From: Octopus vulgaris
Lineage: Eukaryota
Direction of reading: 5' to 3'
Length of the DNA: 64,000 bases
Assembly: GCA_951406725.2 (NCBI GenBank)
Contig: OX597830.1
Coordinates: 79,608,001-79,672,000, forward strand
Shown: piece after piece, positions 39,314-53,150 of the stretch
How the letters are laid out: each line of letters starts with the position of its first letter
How positions within the stretch are numbered: the first letter of the stretch is position 1
The notes under the pieces: generated by a model
Told to the model about the DNA's origin: nothing
Databases searched by the model: none
Seen by the model: the letters and a program-made list of their open reading frames with translations, nothing else
Program-made: the position numbers and the translations under genes

Positions 39314-40145
39314 CTAGAGAAAAGAGGAAAAACAATGTTAATTGTTGAAAGAAACGTTTGGGTTAGTATTTCTAGGTATAGAAAACATGTTTTAAGTAAA
39401 ATATATGTTTGAAGGAGGAGGTATATAAGTAACAGTAGTAAGCAAGAGGCAAAGAATAACCACATCTAAAAGTCTAACAACTACACACGGATATAGACAC
39501 AGAAAAATCCATTTACAGAAAAACGATAAACAGTTTTATTTTCAATTTAGTTTTAGAGATTTCAACATGGTTAGCATCATTGAATTCAAATGAAGGTCTG
39601 AAATCGTATTTACAACTATTTTATTTTTATGAAGTTCAGTATTTATGACGTCAGTGCAGATCCTTTTAATGTCTTACTAATTTAGGCATAATTAAATAAA
39701 ATCTTTAGGAAAATAATAACATCAGATGCAATATGAAACACAATTTATATATATATATAAATGAATTATAAAGTTCACATCCTGAAATCATCAAAAGACT
39801 CCCAAAGCCTAAAATTCAAAGAAGGAAAACAGTAAAGACATTAAATAGTTCTATAAGTTATAGAAAGTTTTTTTAAAATTATGATGACCATATAAATATC
39901 ATTTAATGTAAGTTTATTTAAGCGTGTACATATTAATTCTACATTTTCCCAATTGAAGAACGGACATAAATTCTTGCGTAAGAAATGCTTGAAAAAATTA
40001 GACGATGCCAAATACGCTTTTAACAACTTCATCGCCACCAGAACGCAGGTCATATTGATCCCATGTAATCTCCTCCATGTTCTGAGGTCAACATTCACTC
40101 TCTTCTATAAAGCCAAAAGTCCTGTGATCGGTGTAACACACACAC

Positions 40146-40208
<63 letters not shown>

Positions 40209-40422
40209 CATGTGCACATATGATTGTGTGTATTATCTATGTATATATATATATGTATATATACATACTTACATACATACATACATACCCATTGATTTGC
40301 CGCTAGTGCTTATAGTGTCGAATACTTTCGGTATGCAAATTAGGGACTCTTACATAGAGTAACTGCTGCATTTGCTGAGTATATAAATAGTTTGGCTGCT
40401 TGCTTCCCTGGAGACTGTCAGA

Positions 40423-40486
40423 ATAATGTAGACGCCTCTGATGAGAACGCAACAAGGGTTGAAAATCAATTAAGGTTGTTCATTAT
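40423..40486 (+). ncRNA. Hammerhead-like motif (degenerate)
   Basis: Interrupted stem I ATAATG..GACGCCT/AGGT.GTTCATTAT, core CTGATGA, AAC/GTT stem II, GAAA, near-palindromic stem III, TA. Confidence 0.45.
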
Positions 40487-40548
40487 GTTTTTTTCAATCT
40501 GTGGAGAAATGCCTAAACTTTGCCCTGTTCATAATTATACCATATGTT

Positions 40549-40622
<74 letters not shown>

Positions 40623-41079
40623 GGAAATTAGAAACTGGCTCTACTGGTTTAACTTATGATACGATGATTCTTTCCATCTCTAATAATATGATATACAGAA
40701 GCTGGTTTTTCTAATATTAAAAATTGTCCCCAGTGATATTAAAATGAAAACCACTACACTGACTGTAATAATATAACAAAATGGAAGCCTGCAATAAATA
40801 TATAGAATTTAGTAGCTGAATCTACCAAAAAGAGATAAAATAGAGTTCTACCTTCTTCAAAAATTGCAGATAGCTCTACCAGTCTGAAAAATAATAGCTT
40901 GGTCTACCAGTATAAAAGATAGCAACCAGTCGTATCAATGTGAGAATATATATTAAATTATTCATAAACAGAATATACAGAGTTCATTTGAAGCAAATCC
41001 TTTGATGAAATTCTCAAGAAATATTCCATGACAATTCAGAACTATTCAAGTATATTTTAAGATTTAAAAAAAAGCTTAC

Positions 41080-41128
41080 TTGTTTGGGTTTCTGACCAGA
41101 TACCTCAGCAATTTCTGGAAGTTCTAGT
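41080..41128 (-). CDS. TRPM N-terminal extension exon (LELPEIAEVSGQKPKQ)
   Basis: ttttgcag|...|gtaagc; 49 nt, single open frame, phase 2 to 0. Confidence 0.72.
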
Positions 41129-41612
41129 CTGCAAAATCAATAAATGGTAAAATTCCAGGTCAGTAAAATGAATTGTCATGATGTGTATAAAGATGAATAT
41201 TTAAGTCTTTATCCTTTAACTGTGAACGTCGAATAGAAAAGCTGTGTTATTACATGGAAAGAAATCGAGACAATGGAAAAAAAACTCAGTTTAAGGTGAA
41301 AAGTTATGCACAGAAAGAATGATTCAGATACAGATGAAGGTTGTGAGATAAACAAAGATCAAAGGAAGCTAAGAAATTAAGAGAGAATTCAGAAAGAGGC
41401 AATTCCTCAAAGAGAAGCAAGTCGAAATATACCGAAAATGGCAGAAAAGGTGGAGAAATTAAACTTAACAGAAGCAATTGATAAACAATAAGAACAGCAG
41501 GAATTATACCATAGAAATTATTCTATTCTCATACACACACATACAGACACACACACAAGCACACACACACATACACACACACATACATACACACACACAC
41601 ACACACATACAT

Positions 41613-41667
<55 letters not shown>

Positions 41668-41949
41668 AAAAGAGGTGTTTCCATGCAGCAAAAAGAAATG
41701 GGCAAATTTGTTGTACCTATATATATATAATTAATTAAAAAAAGACGGACTAAAAGGACAAGTAAAACAACATCGCGAGGACTTGACACATGCAAATTGT
41801 GAATAAGACGCTCACAGAATGAAAGAAAGAAAGAGTGTTTTACGTTTCGAGCAAAGGTTTTTTCAGAAACAGGAGATGGCGTAAAATTCAAGAGAAAAGG
41901 AAGACAGGGAAAATAAGGATTGGATGTGGTGAATTTATGCACTAGTTCC

Positions 41950-43100
41950 CACACCATTATGATATAAAGCAATCCTCTTCTGGCTAGAAAAATACCCAGA
42001 AGAGATCCCAGGACGCATCAACCACAGCTTCATAATCCCAGCACTGAAATTTAACCTCCAGAACAACTACTTCATGTCCGATACAGTTTACTATCAAGAA
42101 AAATGTGGAATTGCAGTGGAACCTCGTGCTGCCCCACTGATTGCGAATTTTGTAATCTAGAAATTAAAATATACCAATTATCACAGCAAAAATATGGTAC
42201 CTCAAAGGAATTAGACATACGAGCCTTAAGGGAAGTTAACCGAAATACTACACCAAATTTAAATGTACTCCTATACATCTCCACATATAACTCCAGAAAC
42301 AATGAGGCATTCAACATCATCATCCAGAATTTACCCATTCGCACTGGGGATAAACAATGAACGAAATTTTGGACTCACACAAAATTATCAAAATTTAACC
42401 GGCGCAAGATTATATCCCTTAACAACGGAACCAAAGGTGGAAAATGGGGGTTGCCTAACTGGGGCACATGCTTCCACCTTTTGGGGGGTACATAATTTCA
42501 CTTCAAACAAGGTGAAATATTTAAGATAAAGTCACATTTCACTTTGCCTCTGAAAACCAAATCTATGTCATTACTTGCTTAGGTTGCCAAAACCACTATA
42601 TAGGACAAACACGAAGATCAACGCTTCAAAAACAACAAATCAGTTTCCCACAGTATAGACAGATAGATGTTAGTGAGCACAAGGATAGATGTGATAGGAG
42701 TCTTAAACCAAACTTCCTAATTTTCCCTTTTTATCAATGCTCCCAGAACACCTCAGTGCAGTAAAGACTAAAAAAAGTGGCAACTTTCAGTAATAAATAT
42801 CAACCACAACTTAACATGAACACACAACTTAATACAGGACACTACTAACCTTACTAATACAAGTAATCCCACTAATCCACAAACATCTCATATACCATTC
42901 ATACTCTATTAATCATATTAATCTAATTGCATCACTTTCAGAACAGCTTACCTCTCTTGCATACAGATACAGATACAGGTACTATTAGACCCAACAGCGT
43001 TTGTAAATTGGTGTTGATTCAAAGTTAGTGAACAGCGATGTCGAAACCGGTATGACTTTCTATAATGACTCATGGTAAGGATTTTTATACTTCTTAATTT
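41950..43100 (+). mobile_element. Degenerate, internally deleted Neptune-like PLE
   Basis: Fragments homologous to the 28342-30618 ORF (LQNNYF, STYNSRN.EAF, YIGQT, FPFYQC); ends in a hammerhead-like motif. Confidence 0.75.
43021..43059 (+). ncRNA. Minimal hammerhead-like motif with G3:C8 core
   Basis: AAAGTTA-GTGAACA-GCGATGTC-GAAA-CCGG-TA-TGACTTT; 7-bp stem I. Confidence 0.55.
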
Positions 43101-43220
43101 CCCCTCAAATCATTTATTTGTATATATATATATATCTTTGTTCTAAGAAAAGGAACCATTACTTTTATGCCTAGTGTGCATTTTCTTTGTTTCTTTTTAT
43201 TTTTCCTTTTATATATATAC

Positions 43221-43593
43221 TAGCAGTATCGCCCGGCGTTGCTCGGGTTTGTAAGGGAAATAACTATATAAGCATTTTTAGAGAGTTATAGCCAAAAAAT
43301 GGAAAACAAATGATGGTAATTTTTTTTTTTAGTTAAAAAGGTCGAGTTGCGTCCCCTAGACAGTCTGTGGTTTGTGTTTCTGATTCTCGACCCCATGTCG
43401 AATTTATCGATTTTTTTCAGAACTGGGGGAACTTTTCAAAATTTTCGCTGCGTTAGTTTTGAATTATGACATTGGGCTATGTGTGTGTCAAGTTTCATCA
43501 GAATCGGTTGAAAGCCGTGGTCAGGGTGAGGGTACAACCTAACAGACACACAGAAACACACACAGACAAACTGCCGTTTATATATAGAGAGAT
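43221..43593 (+). mobile_element. Non-autonomous Helitron-like element
   Basis: tactagc...cccggcgttgctcggg terminal hairpin, aagtttcatcagaatcggtt core, acagaca repeats and tttatatatagag end. Confidence 0.6.
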
Positions 43594-44159
43594 ATTATAA
43601 TTATTATCATTATTAATATTATTTTACCTGCTCTTCTCCCACTGTTCTATCCTATTACTCTGTTATTTTCTCCTTCACTCTTCCTTGCTCACGTGGCTCC
43701 CGCGTGACCATCGGACATCTTTCTTATTTTCTCTCCGTTGTAGCTGGAACAAGGAAGACGTGTTCTTGCTTGTGTCATGTCCTAGCTTAATTTACGCGTT
43801 CATAACCACAACCTCGTTTAGGCTTAACAGCCCTTCCTGTTTCTTTTCACTGTCCTGGTTGTGTTACCTATTTTGATCCTCCGCAAAATCCCAAATTCTA
43901 CTTAATTTGCTTTGCGGGAGCAACTGTTTTATCGAATGCGTATATTGTTGTTAAATGCTCGATATACGAGAATAGAGAAACAACCAGAAACTGATGAACG
44001 GTCGTTCTTCATGTTTGTTTTGTTTTCATTTTCGTTTCATAATTCACTATTTTGCACACACGCGCGCGCGCACAGCCATATATAGAAATAAACAACAGCT
44101 AAAAACGTATATGTATAAGTCACAGAGACTCGCTAATTCTTCATCAGGTTTTCGCTAAA

Positions 44160-45700
44160 ACTTTATCATATTGCTAAGCCAAATTCCATGTTTATTTCTT
44201 TGGCAAAGGCATGTACTCTCTCTTGTACTGTTTCCAGCTGTTTATCATTTGTAGCGTATAGTTTTAGATCATCCTTATACAAGAGTTGGTCGATTGTTTT
44301 CCCATAAATGTTGTATCCATATCTAGTTCTATTTAGCACGTCAGATAAAGGTGTCAGTGCCAAGCAGAAAGAGTGGAAAGATCGTGTCTCCCTGGAATAT
44401 TACTGTTCTAACGGGGACGGCTCTCTTTCGATTATTGTCATTACTTTGGTCATAGAATATTATCAAAAGCTTTTCGATAATCGATCCCAGTCATACTTGG
44501 ACCATTCTTCTCTTGTCGGCTGTCTTCAGTTATGGCTTTATTGACAGGTATCTGATGCTTTTGCAGCACCCCTTCTTCTGTTTCAGAAACAGGTTGTTAT
44601 CTTCCAGCTGTTTGCCCATTCTCTGCAGTAAAGGTTTTGTAAATTGTAGCGAGACAAGTTATCGGTTTGTAATTTTGTGGGTTTCCCGTTTCAGTGGACT
44701 TGGTAATCAGGAAATGTTTCCCTTCCATGGGCCCTTCAGATATTGTCTCAGGTTCTTTTAGTATTTCATCAAATTTCCCGGGCATCGTTTTCTGTATTCC
44801 TGTTTGATATTTCAACCAGAAATTGGAGACCTTGTAGTGCATGGTTGCCGACCTCTTCAGTTGTTATAGGAGTCCAGAGTTGTAGAGGAGCTGTTTTTGT
44901 TACTTTGAAAGACCTTTTCCTAGGTTGTTCCCTCACCGACCATATTTCTTTCCATTGATCTCTATTTTATTTTTGCCAAATTCTAGGTAGAATCTTTTGA
45001 AATTGGAGTAGAACTGTTTGTTTTGTTCAAAGAAACGTTGGCGTATCTCATACTGGCGGATTTTTTTGACTTTGGCGTGGATATCTTGCTTTAGCTGTTC
45101 TTTTATCCCAGGTATACTTTGTTCTAGAATTTTCTATTTCCATAGTATTTTACTTCTGTTCTTGTTGCATAGTAGTGTTGATTATCTACTAATTTCCTTA
45201 AGGACTGATAGATCCTTTCTTTTATTTTATATCTTTTTCTAGATATTCTTTATCCACAGGTTTTTTTTAGGTGGTAATTCTCCTGTTTGGATGGGTTTGA
45301 GAGGGTATCCAGCTTTGATATATTATAGCATTTAACCTGATTATACTGACGTTTGTTTCTGTGGGTATTAGTTCCGGACGGCCAGTTTCCTATTATTTAT
45401 TATTAATGTGGCTTTAATATCAATCTTAATTTTGGGGAGCTACAGTCAGTTGTCCATACTGAGATCAGAGCCTTTCAATTCTTTGATTATATTCATTTTT
45501 AGAGTATCATAATCATTAGTTTCACCTTCACTCTTTTAAGGTTTTAGATTTGTTTCGCTTTCCTTCCTGTTCATACTTTTTGTCTGTGGTGTTCTGATTT
45601 CGTGCATATAGCTCATCATTATACATTCATACGGCCTGGGTTTGTTGCCTTTCGTTGTTTTCTTCCTTTTCGTTACGTTTGACTTCGTATCTTACACTCC
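44160..45700 (-). mobile_element. Degenerate R4/NeSL-type LINE RT
   Basis: NYKPITCLATIYK and LLYKDDLKLYATNDKQL motifs on the minus strand. Confidence 0.7.
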
Positions 45701-45758
45701 CAGTGCTTATGATATTATTTGGCATTGCTGTGTGGTCACTATGTACGATTTCCTAATG

Positions 45759-46260
45759 TACACTGAATCGCAAAAGAAACGCAATCTTTTTCAAATGTCA
45801 TGTTATATTCTAAATATATTTCAGTGATGTAAGAGTAAATATTCCAAACCTGCTGATTTATGGCTGAGACCCAAATTACAGGCAGTCTTTAGACTTTCGT
45901 GAAACGGGACGCCAAAATGCAGCTGCGTTGAATGTCGTGGGTAGCAGTCGCAAACTATTGAAAAGAAAACCGAAATGCACGTGCATCTCGTGGAGGTTAT
46001 GGCTCTAAAAATGAACTTGAACCGCATTCCTGGCATTCCAAATTTCTTCGCCTTTGGAGTAGTTCATTTCGTACGTGAGTGTTGCATTGTTGGATTATTA
46101 TTGTTGGAACTCCTTCGTGCTTTCTTTTTTTGTTAACGCCACATTTGTTTATGTTCTGCGTTTCGCAGGCTTTTTTCAACATTATTCATATCTATTATAT
46201 CAACGTCAATGTCTTTATGTGAGTTCGCGTGTTACTTGGGTATTCAAAAACTGCTGCACC
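45759..46260 (-). mobile_element. Possible Tc1/mariner fragment
   Basis: TACACTGAATCGCAAAAGAAACGCAA TIR-like end; degenerate transposase-like sequence. Confidence 0.3.
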
Positions 46261-48149
46261 GATCATAATGAAATTTAGAACACAAAATCAAAGCCTAGGG
46301 AGAAGGGCAATGCTGTGTGTTTCATACAATTTCATGGACCAAAATTACTGAATGGATCCTTATGATATTTGAAACTTAGATTCAATGCATATGGGCGGGT
46401 ATAATGCAATGTGTGGTTTGAATTTCAGATGGCTTAAAGGGGGAAGAACCCCCATGAAAATTCATAAATTTTCGATGTTGATGAAATTTCAACCATAAGT
46501 AATTGACACACATCAAGAAGTATTCTCAAAGATTCCACTTCATATGAGGATTCTAAGACACCATATTGAGGGCCTTAACTCCCAGATTTTAGTCATTTCT
46601 TTTATGATCCAAAATTAGGTCAAAAGTACTGAATGGATCTTTACGAAATTTGGGAATTATATTCTATGCATAAGGGCCATAACCCCCATGACAATTCATA
46701 TATTTTTGCTGCTGATGAAATTTTAACCATAGATATTAGATACAAATGAAGTAATATTTATAAAGTTTCATCTTCTGCAAGTTAGAAAGACCCCTTAATG
46801 GGGACTTAATACCCACAATTTAATCATTTTATCTAAGCAAAGACGAATACAGTTGTACTCTTGGAAGCTGTAGGGTCACCCGAGCATAAAGATGAGCATT
46901 ATTTGTAATTCAATGGTACAACAGTGTAAGAGTTTGCTTTGGCATACACTTAGATTGTGATTTCTGCAATGTGGTGCATAAATTGTCAAGAAAATGGGAG
47001 GCATCTTTGCTTCCGCTGATTCAGTTGCAAAGTGTTGAGTAAAGTTATTTGATTGCAGACCTCCTTTCAGTCTTTTTATTATCACTGAGTCACACATAGT
47101 CCCCAGAGAGTAACATTGATTACAAGGCCTTCCCAGATGAGTGACTTGTTATTCAAAGACATTTATAGATTGTAAATTTATTCTGTCCAGTTACGTATCT
47201 GTACAGTGGTCATTTGCAAACTCCAACTTTCATTTATCCTTAGCCCTCACGTCACACAGTTGTTAATGTTTATTTCAGTTGGGTCACGCCCTTCCAATTA
47301 CTATAGATTCGTAATGCATCTTACGGCTGTAATACTACATTGGGAATATTACATTGGGAGTGGTAACTACTGGCGTAGGGTAGCTGACTGCTTATTGTGA
47401 TGATTCGTCTTTTGGTTTCCTGTAGCTTTGCTCTATTTTACAAACCCAGTGAACATATATTTCCTATTTCAAAGAAATTCAAGCAATAGATATAAGACCC
47501 AAGTTAAAAAGATTCTCAACAATTCAACTTCTCTGCTTGACATTAAGACACCCCCACCAATAGGGGCCTTAACTCTCACATTTTAGAGTGCTCCATGACC
47601 TCCATTTTTCAGGAGCAAAATCCTTTTAACAGGTTCTATAAGACAAGAATTTTGGAATATGCGCATAAAAACCATTAGTATGGGATACATGTGGTACGAT
47701 TACAATTTTGCTAGGTTGTGTAAAGAGGGAAATAACCCTCATCTGCAATTTTGATGAAATTCGAAACATTACAGAAAATATAACAGAAAAGTCTAATTCT
47801 TCAATTACACATAACACGGGCAACGTGTATATGCACACAAAGATAAATTGATAGATACAACTGAGTGGGCAAACAAAAATATGAGACAGCCTAGTGCTTT
47901 TTTTTATGTTGATAAGCCTGGTACTTATTCTATTAGTTTCTTCTTGTGAAACCAGTAAATTTCACAAGGTATGCGTGTCTGATTTCTTGCTGCCATTTCC
48001 GACACAAATATTACCGCAACAATGGTAAAATTCTTTTTTCTCTTGTAAAAATTCTTCTACATCCTCTTGTGGAGCATTTTTGAACTTACAATTTTCGTTC
48101 TTCAAAATTCTGTATAGAGCAGTTGTATACTGTCAACTTAACGTGACAG

Positions 48150-48242
48150 TCCCATAAAGGAATCACACCACCGCTATCTAGCCCTAGGAAGCATCAACGC
48201 TTCGTAGGGCTAAATAGCGGTAGTGTGATTTCCTTTATGGGA
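48150..48242. repeat. Near-perfect hairpin/MITE (about 43-bp arms)
   Basis: tcccataaaggaatcacaccaccgctatctagcccta...tagggctaaatagcggtagtgtgatttcctttatggga. Confidence 0.8.
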
Positions 48243-48329
48243 TACCATCACTGCTTATATCTCTCTGAGATATTTAGAAATTTAATATTTCTATTTTTTG
48301 TGATCAGTGGATTTATTTCACTGGAATTA

Positions 48330-50070
48330 TATATGTTTACAAGGTCTAGACAGGTATCTGCAGCTAGCAAATCATGCTACTCCAGGTTTTTGTTGTTTTT
48401 TGAGAGAAGCTAATCGAAGATGCGTGCGAAGCCGACGTTTGGTGGTAAAAGAAAAATTAGAAATGAAGAGCTACGCGGAAGCGACAGCGGAAGACCCGGA
48501 AAAGGAAAAATTAAGAAGCCTAACACCGAAGTCGTTGAATTGGGACCCTGAAAAGATGAAGAGATACATGAGCAAAGTAGAAAGAGAAGCAACGAATGTG
48601 AAGCTTATAATGTCGGAGGAGAAAAAGAAAATGTTAAGGAATTCAACAATAGTATACAGAACATTCTCCAACGAATCCAGGAGGATTGAAATAGCACCTG
48701 AATTTCAAATAGAAGCAATGGTATAGTGCTGAATGGATAGAGTGTTTTTTTATAAATAGAGGAAGCCAATACGGCAAGGTAAATGTTATATTTGAAAATG
48801 TGGAGGCGGCAAAGAGGAACGGCCAAGTGATAGAAGGAAATAGGTGGACTCTCATACCCGACAAACCAGGAAAATGTTAGTGAAAATTAGAGTTGGAAGA
48901 ATCCCACCGTGGACTGAACCAGAACGGATAATAGCAGCAATCTTTACAGAAAGTGAGAGAGGAGGCTACCGAAATATGGAGAGAATTAGGTTTAACTGGA
49001 CCCAATTTTCGAATTGGTGGAATTACGAGGTGGAATTGAACTGTGAGGAAATACCAGAGACAGCAGAGCTTCCAAACGGATACAAATTGAAGATAATGAT
49101 GACTGTAAGGTCTTCAAAATCTTACGGATGTGGCGAGAGGAGGCACTTAAAAAGAAAGTGCCCTAGATTATTGGAAGTTGTAGATATAATAGAGGAGAAG
49201 GACATAATCCAGGAGAATGAATTTTTGGAGGTTAAGGCGAAGAAAAGAGAAAGGAGAATGTCTCCGCCGACAATGGATCCTAACAAGTATAAAGCAAAAG
49301 AAAGACAAGTAGAAACAGTTCACCAGTGGGAGCGCCTAAGAAGAGTGTCAGAGAAAAATCAACATTTCCAAGGAAACACAAAGTCGTTAAACTTCACAAA
49401 CAGTCAGACTCACAAACACAGAAACATTCAGATATACAGAAAAACAGAGATGCAGACAAACAGACACAAGATAACCCAGAAGTACAGATACCCCAAAACA
49501 CAGACTCACATACGAAACACACAGGTTTACAGTCACACAATCATACAGACATACAAGCACAAAAAATCTTAGACAGACAAACACAAGAAAACACAGAACT
49601 ACAAAAGCATAATAACACAGAGTCACAGTCACAATGCACAGGAAACACACAGAAGCAAATTTTTCCTAGTGACATATACGGCATCGCAAATAATAGAGAA
49701 AAATATTTCAAGATGGAAAGAGACTGTCAAGGTGAACTTAGAAGAAGGCTATGACAAGAACATAAGATTATCTTGATGGGTAACACTAAGTATAGCTCGT
49801 TAAAGGAGGTCTTTCCATCGGATGTGAATCCGCTGGGGACTGAGGTGGATGCTGAACCTTGCACCCCGGTGGTGGAATTTGTGGAGATAAAAGAAAAGAT
49901 AAAGTGGTGAGTATCATCTGTTTCAAAGACTGTAAATAAGACAGTGTTAAATCCTTTTGTGTTCATACTGATTTTTAAAAATTGTGAACCTTTGTAAAAG
50001 TTTTTAAATTTTAAGTTCTAAAAGAACGAATAACCTCGTGGTCATCTCGGAGCGGGGCTGGGATGTGCCT
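48330..50070 (+). mobile_element. ORF1-only (gag-like, zinc knuckle) retroelement, degenerate
   Basis: Fragmented ORFs 48307-48726 and 48844-49572 with SYAEA and SYGCGERRHLKRKC (degenerate CCHC); no RT or EN downstream. Confidence 0.6.
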
Positions 50071-50417
50071 GTTTATCAAAATCATCTTCATTATAATTAT
50101 TTCACTTTTCATTCATCTTTTCATGTGTTTATTTATCCCCGCATGTGTATGTGTGTCCCTCTGTGTTTGGGCCTTGTGCCTTGGAATTAAAATTAATTCG
50201 TAATTTCTCCGTGAAAGAACAATCGTTGAGTGGTTTAATTTGTTGAAGGCTTCTGGCCAGGTACGTCGAACTACTAAAATTGTTACTATTATCGTTAATT
50301 TTTTGCGTTTTTGCAAAAGCACACAGCTTGTTCAGCAGGCTTACTTATATTGTGAAATTTGATTTAATACTAAATTGAATGTTTCCCTGTAAGTTTGGAG
50401 TTATACTCCCTAATATT

Positions 50418-50488
<71 letters not shown>

Positions 50489-50830
50489 AAACTTATAAGT
50501 TTAAATTATTTAAATAATTTTTAAAATTTTAACTTTAATTTAAATATTTTAATTTGGAATTTTATATTTTTTATATTTATATTTTATATTTTTTAAATTA
50601 ATTTTATTTCTATGTATTGGCTTATGATTTTCATTGTTTGATTTGCCTAATAGTGGTTTTATCTCTAATTTAATATAATATATATTAATACTATAAAATT
50701 AGATTTAATCCTAAATCTAATTTTTCTCTGTAAGTTTGGATTTACTCCCTAATAATATTATTATTATTATTATTATTATATATAATATATATATATGTAT
50801 ATATATACATGTATATATACATACATTCAT

Positions 50831-50867
<37 letters not shown>

Positions 50868-51251
50868 CATCTCGAAACAGTAAACTGGAAAAATTGTTGG
50901 CGTTGTTTGTTTCCCATTGGACATTTTTTCATTTCCTAATAGGAGTTACCAAGGAACAAATGGAGAAGGAATAGAGAATTATCACAATACAAAATTTACA
51001 TTTGGATGAAGCTTTAATACAGTGTCCGAACAATAAGCGATCATGTGTTTATATGTGTCTATATACTGTAATATAGCGACAACGTGGTTGTGGTATTTAT
51101 AATAAGTAAGGAATTAAGGTTATTTAGGCTATTAACTGCCTAATTGTCTTATGCTTGTCAGATATTATTCCCTGACCCTCTATTGTCTTTCATCTTCCAT
51201 CAGTGAATTTATTCTACGATAAGGAAACGTTATTTGAAAATGTCTACTTAC

Positions 51252-51295
51252 TTTCGAGTATGTTTCAGTAGCTTCCTTTTCTCTTCTCCTCCTAT
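51252..51295 (-). CDS. TRPM N-terminal extension exon (IGGEEKRKLLKHTR)
   Basis: ttttctag|...|gtaagt; 44 nt, phase 0 to 2; flanking intron homologous to those of exons 39258-39313 and 62225-62280. Confidence 0.7.
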
Positions 51296-52849
51296 CTAGA
51301 AAATAATACAAACAATATTATTTGCTAAACAAAATGACGGAGTGAAATCTTTTAGCGGTTAAAACCAAGATTTAAGTAATATGAAGAAGGAGGTATATAA
51401 GTAACAATAGTATGCAGAAAGACAAAAAATAACTACAACTAATAATCTACACACACATATAAACACAGAAAAATACATTTATTTAAAAAGTAATTTGTGC
51501 TTTCAGTTTAGTTTTTGTGATCTGAACATATTTATTATCATTGTTTCCCAATAGAATTTTGCAATCTCATCTACAATTATTGTATTTTTATATGGTTCAG
51601 TATTTGCGATGCGATGTTTGTGTAAATGTTTTGTATTCAGAGGCTGGATCACCACAATGCAGTATCTGCTTCGTAATCAACTTAAATAGGCCCTCTCGTA
51701 ATCTTTCAGCATCGAACGTTCGGTCTGCCGAGGATACCCTCTCTTCACTCTCTTATAAGTTTGGGTGTTGGAAGCTTTACTGTATAGACAGGAGATTTTG
51801 TGGGGTCCTTCGCTGGAACTAGGTCACAGGAAAACCATATCTACATGCAAGGACGCCACCACTGTCATGCTGGATACTTCGGATTTGTGGTATCATGGTA
51901 TCATTCTTGTAGGGACTTCTTGTTGAGCTGTATCTAGGTATAGGTGACCACTCGTCAGACTTAAATTACTGAAGGCGCATCAGTTATTTGTGTCAGAAGA
52001 GTCACCTATACTGCTAAGCACTTTATCGGAGAGATATCAATGCTCATTCTATGACCGGCCTATAACTTTTGACTTCCTAAAAGATACAGTACCGCTTTAA
52101 TGCTTTAGAATGTGCTTTTTGATTAAACAATTTCCACCTAAAGTACTGTTCCCATTTCCTTAAATTACATTATGATCAGCTTCTTCCACTAAACCGTTAG
52201 TTTTCTTTAAAAAATTGTGTTCTCCTGGTTTATAAAAAAGTTTTCACAATAAGAATAGCTAACCACAAGCGTTCTTCTTTTGAAAACTTTTATATCTGTG
52301 ACTAGCAGGAACGCTTAAGGTGATTATTCTTGTAAAAGCTTCGATGTCTCGGAACAATTTGACCCATAATGTAATTGTAAAATCCGTGTAACTCTCCTTT
52401 AAATGGGAATTGTTTTATTAAAAGCATGAACGTATATAAGAAATGACTGTTATGGTTGTTAACCTTCATGTAAATGATAAAGTTGTATCCATCTGGCCAA
52501 CATATAAGAAATGACTGTCAACTTTCATTTGTTTCCTTCTGGCCAATATCATCATGGGTGCATATAACCCCCTGAACTATGATCTCCGGTATTTCAGTCT
52601 ATAAAGGAAACAAACATCGCACAGGCTTTGACTAATGCCAAGTACAAGATAACTAAATATAAGTTTAAGGAAAACTAAAAACATAATTTACTAAACTTAA
52701 GTATCACAACAAACAAAAATACAAATAGTTTTTCTAAGACGAATAAATTATGACCTTGATAATATCAATTCAAAGTTATTCCTTCTGCAAATTTTTGTTT
52801 TGTTGTTCATATGCAAAATCTTCTTGATAGACAATTTCTCCTGTTTTAA

Positions 52850-53150
52850 TAGTAGGGCGAAAATGAAAAGTTTGTCATTGTTCCTCTTTCAAAATCTGGC
52901 CTTGGGGCTTATTAATGGACATCACAAAAGACTGACGTATTGGAAATTGAAGTCGTTTGAACTCGAAAGGCATATTGGCAGGTATCAAAGGTAAGCGAGG
53001 AATATTCACCGTTTCCACAGGCAGAAATTATTGTGGTCTCTATGACATTCCTTGATAATTTCATGGCAATAAGTCTTGTGCCATTGCACAGCCTTTGTTT
53101 AGAAAGGTTGCGCAGAAGTCTGACTGGAGCGCCTATTTTCAATCGAAGGC
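52850..53150 (-). mobile_element. Helitron PIF1 helicase fragment
   Basis: LKIGAPVRLLRNL...LCNGTRL...PFEFKRLQFP...MSINK motifs. Confidence 0.8.

Larger units (their letters stand above)
33151..39968. repeat. Segmental duplication copy A
   Basis: 33151-34830 and 36521-39968 align closely with 57858-63077. Confidence 0.92.

Noticed and set aside
39779-39808. Possible extra minus-strand micro-exon
   Set aside because: Weak donor, a stop codon in the required phase, and a 1-nt length difference in the duplicated copy.
44120-44155. CTGATGA on the minus strand (also at 43991 on the plus strand) as a hammerhead
   Set aside because: No correctly placed GAAA or closing stem I.
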